A stretch of DNA of 64,000 nt from Desulfuromusa sp. (GCA_027858895.1 JAQIBX010000178.1:193-64192), one strand, 5' to 3'. Numbered from the stretch's first letter, positions 1 to 12,504 are shown. Notes: generated by a model not told the origin, from the sequence alone. Program-made: numbers and translations.

Positions 1-81
1 TCTGCACTCATGAGTGTTGTTGCTTCGTTAGACATTCTCTACCCTCTCACTGCAAATATATAAATCATAGCCTCTTCCAAA

Positions 82-133
82 ATGAAATGAGTCTGAAGGG
101 GCCCTCGTGTTTCTAACATGAAATGAGTCTGAA
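82..133. repeat. Direct duplication of the 16-mer atgaaatgagtctgaa (82-97 and 118-133)
   Basis: Two exact 16-nt copies 36 nt apart at the left IS end. They could be tandem transposase-binding sites or a relic second end. Confidence 0.6.
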
Positions 134-146
134 CAAAAAGTCTGAA
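123..146. repeat. Left terminal inverted repeat of the IS
   Basis: atgagtctgaa-N6-gtctgaa. Its reverse complement recurs at 1394-1417 (ttcagac-N6-ttcagactcat), giving 18 of 24 positions matched with identical spacing. Confidence 0.6.
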
Positions 147-164
147 AGCGTTCATGATGAAAGG

Positions 165-1282
165 ATGAAAATCATTATGAATGTTAAACGCCGCCAGACC
201 CTCCAGCAGGTCACCGACTTTCTCCATGGTAGTGGCGCCTTTGAGCCCGCTCCAGCAACCCAGAAAGAACGTTACCAGTAACCCTGCGTCATTTCCGCTA
301 TGGCAGTGAGAAGGGGCTACTGATAGCTTACCTGTGCCGCCTCAGCGGTTATTCTCGTCAGCAGATCACGCGTCTGATCAAGCGCTTCCGTAAACAGGGA
401 AAGCTAACCTGGGACGTCTCTCCAGCCAAAGGCTTTGTCTCTCGCTACACAGCTGAGGATATTCGCTTGCTGGCTGAGATTGACACCTTGCATGATACCC
501 CGTCGGGACCCGCCGTTAAAAAGCTCTGTGAACGAGCCTGGCTGCGCTTCGGAGAGCAACGCTATGAACAGATTGCGGGGATTTCCGTTGCCCATCTCTA
601 CAACCTGCGCAAACGGAGTGAATATCGCAAGGTTCGAATCGTCCATGAGAAAACCCGGCCAACAAAAAACACCATCGGGATCCGACGCAAACCAGCCCCA
701 CAAGGGCGACCGGGGTTTATCCGTATCGACACGGTTCACCACGGTGATCGAGATGGAGCCAAAGGTCTCTATCACATCAATGCGGTGGATGAAGTGACCC
801 AGCTTGAGGTGGTGTTCACCGTTGAGCGCATCTCAGAACAATTTATGATTCCGGCACTGGCTGCTCTGCTTGAAACATTCCCGATTCAGATCCTCGGTTT
901 CCATGCCGACAACGGCTCAGAGTATATCAATCGCCACGTTGCAGAACTCCTGGAAAAACTGAGGATTGAGCTGACTAAATCACGCTCAAGGCACTGCAAC
1001 GATAATGCTCTGGCTGAATCAAAAAATACTGCTGTTGTGCGAAAAATCCTTGGTTATTGCCATATCCCGCAAAAGTTCGCTCCACAGGTGAACCGCTTTA
1101 ATCAGGACCATCTGGTTCCTTACATCAATTATCATCGCCCTTGTTTCTTTCCAGAAACCTTTACTGATGCCAAAGGCCGACAGCGTAAGCGTTATCGATA
1201 TCAACAGATGACAACGCCCTACGAAAAGCTGAAATCACTTTCGGATGCTGAACAATATCTTAAGCCTGGGCTCTCTTTTTAA
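165..1282 (+). pseudogene. DDE (rve-type) transposase apparently split by a frameshift
   Basis: Frame 3 reads ATG165..TAA281 = MKIIMNVKRRQTLQQVTDFLHGSGAFEPAPATQKERYQ*. Frame 2 is open from 245 and continues TLRHFRYGSEKGLLIAYLCRLSGYSRQQITRLIKRF (HTH-like) into the tracked ORF 467-1282. That ORF carries the rve-like core (IDTVHHGD..GLYHINAVDEVTQ, HADNGSEYIN, CNDNALAES). No ATG opens frame 2 before 467. Confidence 0.55.
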
Positions 1283-1393
1283 TTGTTGGATGACATTGCC
1301 TACGCGATTAGCGATAATGAAGCGGCAAAGCGTCTGCAAAAAGCAAGGCATCAACTCTTTGAATCTATCGATGAACGTTTACTCGCTGGTTGA

Positions 1394-1417
1394 TTCAGAC
1401 CCGCTCTTCAGACTCAT
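1394..1417. repeat. Right terminal inverted repeat of the IS
   Basis: ttcagacccgctcttcagactcat is the inverted partner of 123-146. Confidence 0.6.
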
Positions 1418-1593
1418 CTTCGGATTGGAATAGACTATCATACCTCAATTGTCAAACGTATACACACTAATAAGGTTTACAATTTATTTTTATTATTCAA
1501 ACAAAGTACCGTGTCATTCTGTAGTATATGTAAAGTGCATTATTCATATTTAACTATAAAATGGCTTTCCCCTTGCTTATCAACTTCCTTTTA

Positions 1594-1627
1594 ACCAAAA
1601 AAAGGCACCTCGAATGAGGTGCCTTTT
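1594..1627 (-). terminator. Intrinsic terminator of the atp operon
   Basis: Stem aaaggcacctc / gaggtgccttt (1601-1626) with loop gaat. On the minus strand it is followed by a T-run, about 30 nt downstream of the atpC stop. Confidence 0.75.
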
Positions 1628-1654
1628 GTATCAACAATAGTAGCTATTTCGTAT

Positions 1655-2065
1655 TTACCGACCGTTACCGGCCACCTGAATCCGAATCAGGGCTCTCTGC
1701 AGAGCCGCTTCCATGATCATATACTTCTTATCTTCATGCGGTAAGGTCTTAAGAGCATCTTCTGCGCGCCCCAGAGCGGCTTTGGCACGAGCCAAATCGA
1801 TCTCATCTGCAGTTTCCGCCGTATCGACCAGAACTGTTACTGTATCCTCTTCGACTTCAAGATACCCCCAGTTCACTACAATATGAAAAACCTCATTACC
1901 CTTTTTATAGGTTAATTCCCCAACTTTTAACGTGGTCAGCAGTGGGGTGTGGCCCGGCAACAAACCTAGTTCACCGACAAATCCCGGAGCAGTAATTTCA
2001 TCGACCTCCTCCGAGAGAACTCGCTTATACGGAGTGACCATTTCAAGTTTTAGCTTATCAGCCAT
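1655..2065 (-). CDS. atpC: F1 ATP synthase epsilon subunit
   Basis: 136 aa, the last gene after atpD, with size and sequence typical of the epsilon subunit. Confidence 0.9.
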   Translation of the reverse strand: MADKLKLEMVTPYKRVLSEEVDEITAPGFVGELGLLPGHTPLLTTLKVGELTYKKGNEVFHIVVNWGYLEVEEDTVTVLVDTAETADEIDLARAKAALGRAEDALKTLPHEDKKYMIMEAALQRALIRIQVAGNGR

Positions 2066-2106
2066 TGCGACTGTCCTTTACGTTTGAATCTAGTCTTTCA
2101 GGCCAA

Positions 2107-3573
<1,467 letters not shown>

Positions 3574-4446
3574 TTATTTAATAGATTCTGCACCAGAGAT
3601 GATTTCCATCAACTCTTTGGTGATCGCGGCCTGACGTGCACGGTTATACTGCAGCGTCAATTTACCGATCATTTCTGAAGCATTCCGGCTGGCGCTGTCC
3701 ATCGATGCCATCCGGGCGCCCTGTTCTGAAGCATTTGATTCAAGTAAAGCACGGAAGATCTGCACTTCGACCATCTTCGGTAACAACTGAGACAGAACCT
3801 CACCCTGGTCTGGTTCATAGATATAATCGATACTAGTATCCTGGAGCTCTTCATCAGTCTCTTTAGATTGAATTGGCAGCATTCTCTCAACCGTGACAAT
3901 CTGCACAATGGCACTCTGGAAAGCATTGTAGATAACATAAACCGCATCGTACTTTTCCGCGCTGTAAGCATCGACAACTTCTTGCCCAATTAATTGAGCC
4001 GTCTTATAGGTTGCATCAGCGGTGATGTTTTCATGAACCTTAGTAATTTTGTCACCGACTCGATTTTTGAGAAAATCACGCCCTTTACGACCAATAATCA
4101 TCAGGTCGATAGCATCAAAACCCTGCTCGTTAGCACGGATAAAACGCTCGGCTTCTTTCGACACGTTTGCATTGAAGCCACCACAAAGACCACGATCAGC
4201 TGTCATCAATACAACCAAAGCTCGCCCGGTACCGCGCTGATTGAGCAATGCATGGCCATCAATGTCTTCACGCTGAGCCAAGTGTGATACCACCGAATGC
4301 AGCTTTTCCGCATAGGGACGAGCAGCAACGGCAGCCTCTTGCGCCCGACGCAATTTAGCTGCGGCGACCATCTTCATCGCTTTAGTGATCTGCTGGGTAT
4401 TTTTTACCGAGCCGATCCGTTTTTTTATGTCCTTCAGACTTGGCAT
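3574..4446 (-). CDS. atpG: F1 ATP synthase gamma subunit
   Basis: 290 aa with N-terminus [36 protein letters not shown]. Confidence 0.95.
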   Translation of the reverse strand: MPSLKDIKKRIGSVKNTQQITKAMKMVAAAKLRRAQEAAVAARPYAEKLHSVVSHLAQREDIDGHALLNQRGTGRALVVLMTADRGLCGGFNANVSKEAERFIRANEQGFDAIDLMIIGRKGRDFLKNRVGDKITKVHENITADATYKTAQLIGQEVVDAYSAEKYDAVYVIYNAFQSAIVQIVTVERMLPIQSKETDEELQDTSIDYIYEPDQGEVLSQLLPKMVEVQIFRALLESNASEQGARMASMDSASRNASEMIGKLTLQYNRARQAAITKELMEIISGAESIK

Positions 4447-4466
4447 CTGTTCAAACCTTTATAAAA

Positions 4467-5984
<1,518 letters not shown>

Positions 5985-6527
5985 TTACCCCTTTGCTAAG
6001 GTCTCTGCAATTCGTTTCAGCTGGGTTTTCACACTGCCGTCAAATAGTTTGCCGCTCATCTCAACCTGCAGACCACCGATCAGCGATTTATCTGTTTCCA
6101 CACTGAGTACTACCTGCTTCCCGGTCTGCTTCTCCAGCCCCTGCTGAATGGCATCGGCCCGCTTACTACTCAACTTATTTGCCGCTTTCATTCTGGCGCG
6201 AACAACACCAGACAGTTCATCCGCAAATTTACAATAATTGCTATTGATTTCTGGCAGATAAATAATCCGCCCTTTTTCTAGGAGCAGATCGAGGAAATTA
6301 CGCATCCCGCCACTCAACTTGAGATGTTCAACTATGTCATGCATGATTGCCGATTTTTTTCCCAGAGGAAAGGTCGGACTGTCGAGTAACAAGCGCAACA
6401 AGTCTTCTCTTTTTAGTACCGTTACAACTCCAGCCAGCTCTTCGGCGTATCGCTCAACTTGCTTCTCTGCAACAGCAATATTCAACAACGCTTTGGCGTA
6501 TCTTATAGAAATCGCACTGTTACTCAA
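5985..6527 (-). CDS. atpH: F1 ATP synthase delta (OSCP) subunit
   Basis: 180 aa with N-terminus SIRYAKALL. It sits between the b and alpha subunits and has a 4-nt overlap with atpF. Confidence 0.9.
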   Translation of the reverse strand: MSNSAISIRYAKALLNIAVAEKQVERYAEELAGVVTVLKREDLLRLLLDSPTFPLGKKSAIMHDIVEHLKLSGGMRNFLDLLLEKGRIIYLPEINSNYCKFADELSGVVRARMKAANKLSSKRADAIQQGLEKQTGKQVVLSVETDKSLIGGLQVEMSGKLFDGSVKTQLKRIAETLAKG

Positions 6528-7105
6528 TGTAGCTCTCCCACCTTTTGCATATACTCGTCAATCAGACGGGTATCATCGTCCTTGGTGAAGTTCTTTTTCA
6601 ACAGGTCCTCGGCAACATCAACCGCCAATTGCACTGCCTCCCGTTGAAGCTCTGTCCGGGCCTTGGCCACTTCGAGTGCAGCTGCCTTCTCTGCGTCCTG
6701 CTCAATTTGTACGGCCATCTGTTTTGCACTTTCAATGATTTTTATTTTTTCCAATTCCCCTTCACGGCGAATAGAATCACTGATTTCCGCAATTTCTTCG
6801 GTAGCGCGAGCCAGTTTGCGATCGTACTCAGCGAATTTAGCTTCAGCTTCTTCCTTGATCTGTTTCGCTGCAGCGAGTGACTTTTCAATTTCTTCCCGTC
6901 GCCCGGCCAGCCCTTTTTTGATTGGTTTATTTAAAAAATAAACCAGAATGGCAACGACAATTGAAAAATTAAAGACCCGATACAGAAAATCTTTTATCAG
7001 GACACCACTCTCAACCCCGTGACCATCGCCTGCGGCAAAAACAGCCCCACTGACTAGCCCAACAAGGAGCAACGATAAAAGAACGGCTTTTATTTGACTG
7101 TGCAT
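6524..7105 (-). CDS. atpF: Fo ATP synthase b subunit
   Basis: 193 aa with an N-terminal TM segment followed by a long charged coiled coil. Confidence 0.85.
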   Translation of the reverse strand: MHSQIKAVLLSLLLVGLVSGAVFAAGDGHGVESGVLIKDFLYRVFNFSIVVAILVYFLNKPIKKGLAGRREEIEKSLAAAKQIKEEAEAKFAEYDRKLARATEEIAEISDSIRREGELEKIKIIESAKQMAVQIEQDAEKAAALEVAKARTELQREAVQLAVDVAEDLLKKNFTKDDDTRLIDEYMQKVGELH

Positions 7106-7126
7106 AGATCTTAAACCTTCCTTGCC

Positions 7127-7555
7127 TTAAGCCAATTCACGGCCAAGAATTTTTGTAGCAATTTGTCCGGCCAATGATTTTGCTTCGCTTTTCAAGGTTT
7201 TGCTAGCACCATCTGCCTCGTTAGCAACCTGACTTTTAATCACTTGCAATCGGCTTGTGGCTTTCCCATGAGCGTCCGCAAGAATTCTTGCTTCTTCTTC
7301 GCTGGCAGCTTTTTTTAGTTTATTCCGCGCTTCATTGGCCTGGTTCCGGGCTTCATTGAGCTGCTGCTGATAGCGTTGCATTTTTTCATCAATATCAGCT
7401 TCCAGATTCTTTGCCGCAGCATGCGAACTAGATATAGTCTCACGCCGCTCATCGATGATCTTTTTCAGTGGCCGATAAAGTAATTTATTCAGAATAATCA
7501 GGAGGATAATGAAGTTTAGGAACTGTAGACCAAGGGTCCAGTCAACGCTTATCAC
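7127..7555 (-). CDS. Fo ATP synthase b' subunit (second b-type stalk subunit)
   Basis: 142 aa with a single TM (FLNFIILLIILNKLLYRPL) plus a coiled coil. It lies directly upstream of atpF. Confidence 0.8.
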   Translation of the reverse strand: MISVDWTLGLQFLNFIILLIILNKLLYRPLKKIIDERRETISSSHAAAKNLEADIDEKMQRYQQQLNEARNQANEARNKLKKAASEEEARILADAHGKATSRLQVIKSQVANEADGASKTLKSEAKSLAGQIATKILGRELA

Positions 7556-7739
7556 CTAGCTTACCTCTTTATGTTCAGGATTGTGTTTCCGGTATACTGT
7601 ATACAGACACCGCATCGTAATGACGTTACTATAGGGGTTCAGATCAAGGAACGAATAGCTATCATAATTCAGCGATCCATGTCAAGCATCTGTTCTTCTT
7701 GGTGTGTATTTTTGCGGTTGGGTATCTTTTTGCAACAAC

Positions 7740-8177
7740 CTATTTCTTTTTCCCCTCGATAGCCTTTGGCTCCGCTGTCACCTTTACCGGCCCCGGCATC
7801 TTGATTTCTCCATTAAAGATGACCTTTTCATCAATTTTTAACGCTGGCGCTTCAATGCTTCCCTCAACCTGTGCTGGCGCACGTAATTCTACCATCGTGG
7901 TTGCCTTGATATCTCCCTTAAAACGACCACTGAAAATTAATGCTCCAACATGGATACTCCCTTCAATCTCAGCAGACTCACCAACAACAAGTGTGTCGCT
8001 TGAGTTGATTTCACCAGTAAAGATTCCGTCGAGACGTACCATTTCATCAAAGCTTAGTTTTCCTTCAAACCGACTTCCCGTTCCCAGAAACGCTTTAATC
8101 TCCGCCTTGTCAATCGCAATCGGCTTTTTCATTTTAGCTTGCTCCTGTTTTTTACCACCAAACATTGTCTTCACCAC
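7740..8177 (-). CDS. Bactofilin (polymer-forming cytoskeletal protein, DUF583)
   Basis: 145 aa with beta-helix repeats such as GTGSRFEGKLSFDEMVRLDGIFTGEI..VVGESAEIEGSIHV and a Lys-rich tail. The start is uncertain; ATG 8165 (MFGGKK) is an alternative. Confidence 0.8.
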   Translation of the reverse strand: MVKTMFGGKKQEQAKMKKPIAIDKAEIKAFLGTGSRFEGKLSFDEMVRLDGIFTGEINSSDTLVVGESAEIEGSIHVGALIFSGRFKGDIKATTMVELRAPAQVEGSIEAPALKIDEKVIFNGEIKMPGPVKVTAEPKAIEGKKK

Positions 8178-8203
8178 TTTCCATTTAATTTATCATTGAT
8201 AAC

Positions 8204-9064
8204 TTAAACACCAAGTAATTCAAGGATTCTACTTAACTCGTCCTGGTCATGGTAGCTGATTTCTATCCGTCCACCCTTATCTTTGCAGTGCAGTTTCACC
8301 TGGGTTCCCAATTGTTGCCGAAGACTATTTTCAAGTTCAAGCTGATTTGGATCTACCCGCTTTTCAACAACCTTTTTGTTAATCTGTGTCCCAAACATTT
8401 TTTTTATTTTTTTAATCAATTTTTCGGTTTCGCGAACCGACAATTTTCTTCTGATGATTTCCTGGCTAGCTTCGATAATATCTTCTTCGTTCTCCAGAGC
8501 TAACAAGGCTCGAGCATGCCCCATACTCAGACGATTTTCAGCAAGATCATTTTTGACCTTTTCTGGTAAGCGTAACAACCTTAAAGCATTGGCGACCGTC
8601 GAACGATCTTTTCCAACCCGCTTTGCAACCTCTTCCTGCAGCAGATCGAAACTGTCCATCAAATAGCGGTATGCTCCCGCTTCTTCCAAGGGGTTGAGGT
8701 CTTCTCGCTGAATATTTTCTATCAGTGCAATTTCCAGCGCCCAATCTTCAGTAACATCCTGAATAACGACGGGAACCCGCTCTAATCCGGCCTTCTGTGC
8801 CGCCCGCCAGCGTCTTTCACCAGCAATAATCTGATAGTGATCCTCTTGGCGCCGTACCACTAATGGCTGGATTATCCCCTTCTCTTCAATAGAAGCGACC
8901 AGTTCAGCCATCTTACTGTCATCAAAGGTTTTACGTGGCTGTCGATGATGTGGCTTAAGTTCTTCAATCGGACAGGAGAAGTATTTTTTTCCCCCCTCCT
9001 GGGCAGCGGAACTCAAAAGAGCACCCATCCCCCTTCCCAGCGCGGGACGTTTCACCTTAACCAT
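8204..9064 (-). CDS. parB: Chromosome partitioning protein ParB
   Basis: Contains the GERRWRAA motif and an HTH. The start was chosen at MVKVKRPALGRG (ATG 9064), overlapping the parA stop as ATGGTTAA. The tracked ORF start at 9214 would run 150 nt into parA. Confidence 0.9.
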   Translation of the reverse strand: MVKVKRPALGRGMGALLSSAAQEGGKKYFSCPIEELKPHHRQPRKTFDDSKMAELVASIEEKGIIQPLVVRRQEDHYQIIAGERRWRAAQKAGLERVPVVIQDVTEDWALEIALIENIQREDLNPLEEAGAYRYLMDSFDLLQEEVAKRVGKDRSTVANALRLLRLPEKVKNDLAENRLSMGHARALLALENEEDIIEASQEIIRRKLSVRETEKLIKKIKKMFGTQINKKVVEKRVDPNQLELENSLRQQLGTQVKLHCKDKGGRIEISYHDQDELSRILELLGV

Positions 9065-9827
9065 GAGCCCCTCCTGCCAGGACTTCCTGTGCCAGATCCA
9101 TATAGGCCTGCGCACCCCGCGAAGCAATATCATACAGCAAAACCGGCTGTCCATAACTTGGGGCCTCTGAAAGCCTGACGTTACGTGGCACGACCGTACG
9201 AAAAACCTTGTCACCGAAATGGGCCCTTATTTCATCACTCACCAGATGACAAAGATTGTTTCGCCCATCAAACATGGTCAGTAAAATACCATTGATATCA
9301 AGTTGCGGATTTAATTCCTGTTGTACCAGTCGTATTGTTTGCATCAATTGACCAAGCCCTTCCATCGCGTAAAACTCACATTGCAATGGAACCAACACTG
9401 AATTTGCAGCCGATAGGGCGTTGACTGTCAGCAAATTGAGTGAAGGGGGACAATCAATAATCACATATTCGTAGCTTTCAACCAGTTCTTCTATGGCAAA
9501 CTTTAGCTGTTTTTCTCGATTTGATTTATTGATCAGCTCAATCTCTGCACCAATTAAATTAGTGTTGGACGGCAAGACGTCCAGATACTCTAATGCTGAC
9601 TTTTGCAATACCTTATGAGCTTTTTCTTCCCCGAGAAGAACATTGTAAACAGTTGAAATAACTTCGGTTTTATCAATCCCAAGACCACTACATGCATTTG
9701 CCTGAGGATCCATGTCAATCAATAAGGTTTTCTTTTCTGCGGCGGCCAAAGATGCGGCCAGATTGACAGCTGTTGTGGTTTTACCAACCCCGCCCTTCTG
9801 ATTTGCAATGGCTATAATCTTTGCCAT
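9057..9827 (-). CDS. parA: Chromosome partitioning ATPase ParA/Soj
   Basis: 256 aa with the deviant Walker A KGGVGKTT. Confidence 0.95.
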   Translation of the reverse strand: MAKIIAIANQKGGVGKTTTAVNLAASLAAAEKKTLLIDMDPQANACSGLGIDKTEVISTVYNVLLGEEKAHKVLQKSALEYLDVLPSNTNLIGAEIELINKSNREKQLKFAIEELVESYEYVIIDCPPSLNLLTVNALSAANSVLVPLQCEFYAMEGLGQLMQTIRLVQQELNPQLDINGILLTMFDGRNNLCHLVSDEIRAHFGDKVFRTVVPRNVRLSEAPSYGQPVLLYDIASRGAQAYMDLAQEVLAGGAHG

Positions 9828-9963
9828 TTATGGCACTCCTTTAATCGGTTGAAAAACCAGCAAAAATTAAAAAACATTCTAAGGTAGAGACAGACAAAGA
9901 GCAGGAGGATATCATATGTTTGGGCAAAATTCAGCCCTTATTGTCATCCAACTTTCATGATGT

Positions 9964-10608
9964 TTACTTTTTCAGGATTACAAGTTGTCTTTCGGCAGAA
10001 GAAAAAGGCAGCTCGTATGCAATAACTTCCCAATCGTAAAAATTCTTTTGTTTAATCATTTTCTCTGCAGCTCTGAGTTCTTCCCGTCCCTCTGGACCCT
10101 TCATTGCCACTAAGCGCCCTCCTGGCTTTAACCAGGGGGCAGCATATCTGAGCGAAATATCCAGAGAAGAAAAAGCACGGCTTAGCACAAGATCATACTT
10201 TTCTTGTTCAAGAGCTGTTTGCGTTAGATTTTCAATTCGTGATTGCATAACCGTAAGATTGTTGAGTTGCAGCAATCTCTTGATATGTTTTTGAAAGTTT
10301 ATTTTTTTCCCAACACTATCTATCGAGAGAACCTTAAGATTTGTGTCAGCGATTGCTAACGGAATCCCCGGCAAACCGCCACCCGAACCGATATCGATAA
10401 TTTTTTTTGCATCACCCAGATGCGGCAACAGCAGTAATGAATCAAGCAGATGTTTTTCTATGGCTTCATCACGATTTCTGATTGAGGTCAGATTAACCCG
10501 TTGGTTCCAGCGCAACAACTCATCGAGAAAATCTAGTTCTTTCTGTATGATATGATCAGACAACAGCAGGTTAAGTTGGGCTAAACCCTCTGCAAATCGA
10601 CTAGACAT
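9964..10608 (-). CDS. rsmG: 16S rRNA (guanine527-N7)-methyltransferase RsmG (GidB)
   Basis: Contains the SAM-binding motif DIGSGGGLPGIPLA. The start was taken at MSSRF (10608), overlapping the mnmG stop as ATGTCTAG. Confidence 0.9.
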   Translation of the reverse strand: MSSRFAEGLAQLNLLLSDHIIQKELDFLDELLRWNQRVNLTSIRNRDEAIEKHLLDSLLLLPHLGDAKKIIDIGSGGGLPGIPLAIADTNLKVLSIDSVGKKINFQKHIKRLLQLNNLTVMQSRIENLTQTALEQEKYDLVLSRAFSSLDISLRYAAPWLKPGGRLVAMKGPEGREELRAAEKMIKQKNFYDWEVIAYELPFSSAERQLVILKK

Positions 10609-12472
10609 GGTATTTTTTACGTAAATAAATCTGGATAACAGCAATCGCCGCCGGTGTCACACCTTGTATTCTCCCTGCCTGCCCAAGGCTTATCGGTCGG
10701 ATCTTTTTTAATTTTTCTCGAACCTCGGTTGAAATACTTGGGATGACAGCATAGTCAATATCGTCAGGAAGTTTTATATCTTCTTGCTCTCGATACCTCT
10801 CAACCTGCTCTAGTTGCCTCTTAATATAACCTTCATATTTTACCGCGATCTCGACCTGCTCAAGCGCTTGTGGCAAAAACAAACCGAGCTCAGGGCAGAT
10901 TTCTTTTATTTGCTTGATAGTAATCTCTGGTCGTCTCAGCAGTAATTCCAGGCTCACACCACTCTTCAAAGCTCCCAAATCAAACCGGTCCACAATCTCC
11001 TTGTCGGCTGAAGTAATAGCTTTTGTCTTTATTATCTGAGTAGCGGCGCCAACCTGTTTCTGTTTTTCAAGGTAGCGTTCCCACCTTGCATCACTCACCA
11101 AACCAATTTTACGTCCAAGCTCCGTCAACCTTTGGTCAGCATTATCTTCACGCAGCAGCAGCCGATATTCTGATCGTGAAGTAAACATCCTATATGGATC
11201 TATCGTTGGCTGGGTTATCAAATCATCAACCATCACCCCGAGATAACCCTCATCGCGACCAATAATAACCGATTCTTTTTCTTGGCATTGATGTGCTGCA
11301 TTGATTCCTGCCAGCAACCCCTGCCCGGCGGCTTCCTCATAACCCGAGGTCCCGTTTATCTGACCGGCATGAAACAAACCCGCAACCGCCCTAGTTTCCA
11401 GGGTTGCCCTCAGCTGCATCGGCTCAACAAAATCGTACTCAATGGCATATCCAGGCCGCATTATTTCGACCCGTTCAAACCCAGTCATCGATCTAAAATA
11501 GGCGAGTTGAACATCAGCGGGTAGGGAGGTTGATAGACCACTTGGGTACATTTCACTCCCCTTGATACCTTCTGGTTCAATAAAAGACTGGTGGCTTTTT
11601 TTGTCAGGAAAACGAACCACCTTATCTTCTATAGAGGGACAGTAGCGCGGACCCATCCCCTCAATAACTCCCGCAAACAACGGCGACTTATCTAAGTTAT
11701 CGCGTATTATCTGGTGGGTTGTTTCGTTTGTTTCTGCGATAAAACAATCAACCTGCTTTCTCTCTATTTTGTCCGTCATAAAGGAAAACGGCTTTATCAC
11801 CCTATCCCCTGGCTGTCTTTCTAATTTTGAAAAATCGATTGACCGGGCAGATAAACGTGCCGGTGTTCCGGTTTTCAAACGGCCAAGCCTCAAACCCAGA
11901 GCCCCCAAAGAAGAGGATATCCCCTCAGCAGAGGGTTCACCAGCTCGCCCTCCAGCATAATTCTTCAAACCAACATGAATCAAACCGCGCATAAACGTGC
12001 CCGTAGTCAAGACAACTGTCATGCCGTAAAAACTCAAGCCTTCGCGGGTCTTAACCCCAACGACACGATTTTCTTTTACCATCAACTCATCAACCAACCC
12101 TTGCTTCAAATCAAGCAACGGTTCTTTTTCTATTATATTTTTCATCCGCGCGCTGTAAGCCATTCTGTCAGCTTGCGCCCGCGCCGCACGAACCGCTGGT
12201 CCCTTACGCATGTTAAGCCTGCGGAACTGAATTCCAGTCGCGTCGATATTCAAACCCATCTCACCACCAAGGGCATCAATCTCATGAACCAAGTGTCCCT
12301 TCGCCAAACCACCAATCGAAGGGTTGCAAGACATTTGCGCAACCGTATCCAGCCCAATAGTTAGTAGTAGTGTCGTGCAACCCATGCGTGCCGCCGCCAA
12401 GGCAGCCTCACAACCAGCATGTCCAGCACCAACAACAACAACCTGGTAATCTTTTAAATAACTACTCATCAC
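10601..12472 (-). CDS. mnmG: tRNA uridine 5-carboxymethylaminomethyl modification enzyme MnmG (GidA)
   Basis: 623 aa with the FAD-binding motif VVVVGAGHAGCEAA. Confidence 0.97.
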   Translation of the reverse strand: MMSSYLKDYQVVVVGAGHAGCEAALAAARMGCTTLLLTIGLDTVAQMSCNPSIGGLAKGHLVHEIDALGGEMGLNIDATGIQFRRLNMRKGPAVRAARAQADRMAYSARMKNIIEKEPLLDLKQGLVDELMVKENRVVGVKTREGLSFYGMTVVLTTGTFMRGLIHVGLKNYAGGRAGEPSAEGISSSLGALGLRLGRLKTGTPARLSARSIDFSKLERQPGDRVIKPFSFMTDKIERKQVDCFIAETNETTHQIIRDNLDKSPLFAGVIEGMGPRYCPSIEDKVVRFPDKKSHQSFIEPEGIKGSEMYPSGLSTSLPADVQLAYFRSMTGFERVEIMRPGYAIEYDFVEPMQLRATLETRAVAGLFHAGQINGTSGYEEAAGQGLLAGINAAHQCQEKESVIIGRDEGYLGVMVDDLITQPTIDPYRMFTSRSEYRLLLREDNADQRLTELGRKIGLVSDARWERYLEKQKQVGAATQIIKTKAITSADKEIVDRFDLGALKSGVSLELLLRRPEITIKQIKEICPELGLFLPQALEQVEIAVKYEGYIKRQLEQVERYREQEDIKLPDDIDYAVIPSISTEVREKLKKIRPISLGQAGRIQGVTPAAIAVIQIYLRKKYHV

Positions 12473-12488
12473 ACACCATGCGTCTCAA

Positions 12489-12504
12489 TGTTTCACGTGA
12501 AACA
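12489..12504. promoter_or_regulatory. parS centromere site (ParB binding)
   Basis: TGTTTCACGTGAAACA is a perfect 16-bp palindrome matching the canonical parS consensus TGTTNCACGTGAAACA. It lies in the 33-nt mnmE-mnmG spacer, about 3 kb from parAB. Confidence 0.85.

Larger units (their letters stand above)
82..1425 (+). mobile_element. IS element with rve/DDE integrase-type transposase. Ends are approximate and the family is not assigned (IS481-like is only a guess).
   Basis: Imperfect terminal inverted repeats at 123-146 and 1394-1417 bracket a transposase ORF. An extra copy of the left-end 16-mer lies at 82-97. Confidence 0.55.

Noticed and set aside
39-227. 62-aa minus-strand ORF at the window start, and 1245-1433 (+) at the IS right end
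   Set aside because: Both run through the IS terminal repeats. The repeated HFMLE/HFILE in the first simply translates the duplicated 16-mer. Neither has an RBS.
631-640. GGTTCGAATC, a tRNA T-arm-like motif
   Set aside because: It lies inside the transposase reading frame and has no acceptor, anticodon or D-arm complementarity around it. No tRNA was found anywhere in the window.
7556-7739. Candidate sigma-70 promoter for the atp genes (TTGACA on the minus strand near 7680)
   Set aside because: The best -10 (TATGAT) is only 13 nt from the -35, and properly spaced hexamers are poor. It is not reported as a feature.
7699-8199. 166-aa plus-strand ORF overlapping the bactofilin gene
   Set aside because: It is the mirror of the repeat-rich bactofilin coding sequence, and the bactofilin frame carries the recognisable DUF583 repeats.
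9065-9214. Long N-terminal extensions of parB, rsmG (to 10644), nth (from 28287), folE2 (from 49966) and the radical SAM gene (from 40229)
   Set aside because: The extensions overlap the preceding gene in another frame and lack similarity to the expected N-termini. Internal starts give canonical N-termini and coupled start/stop overlaps.
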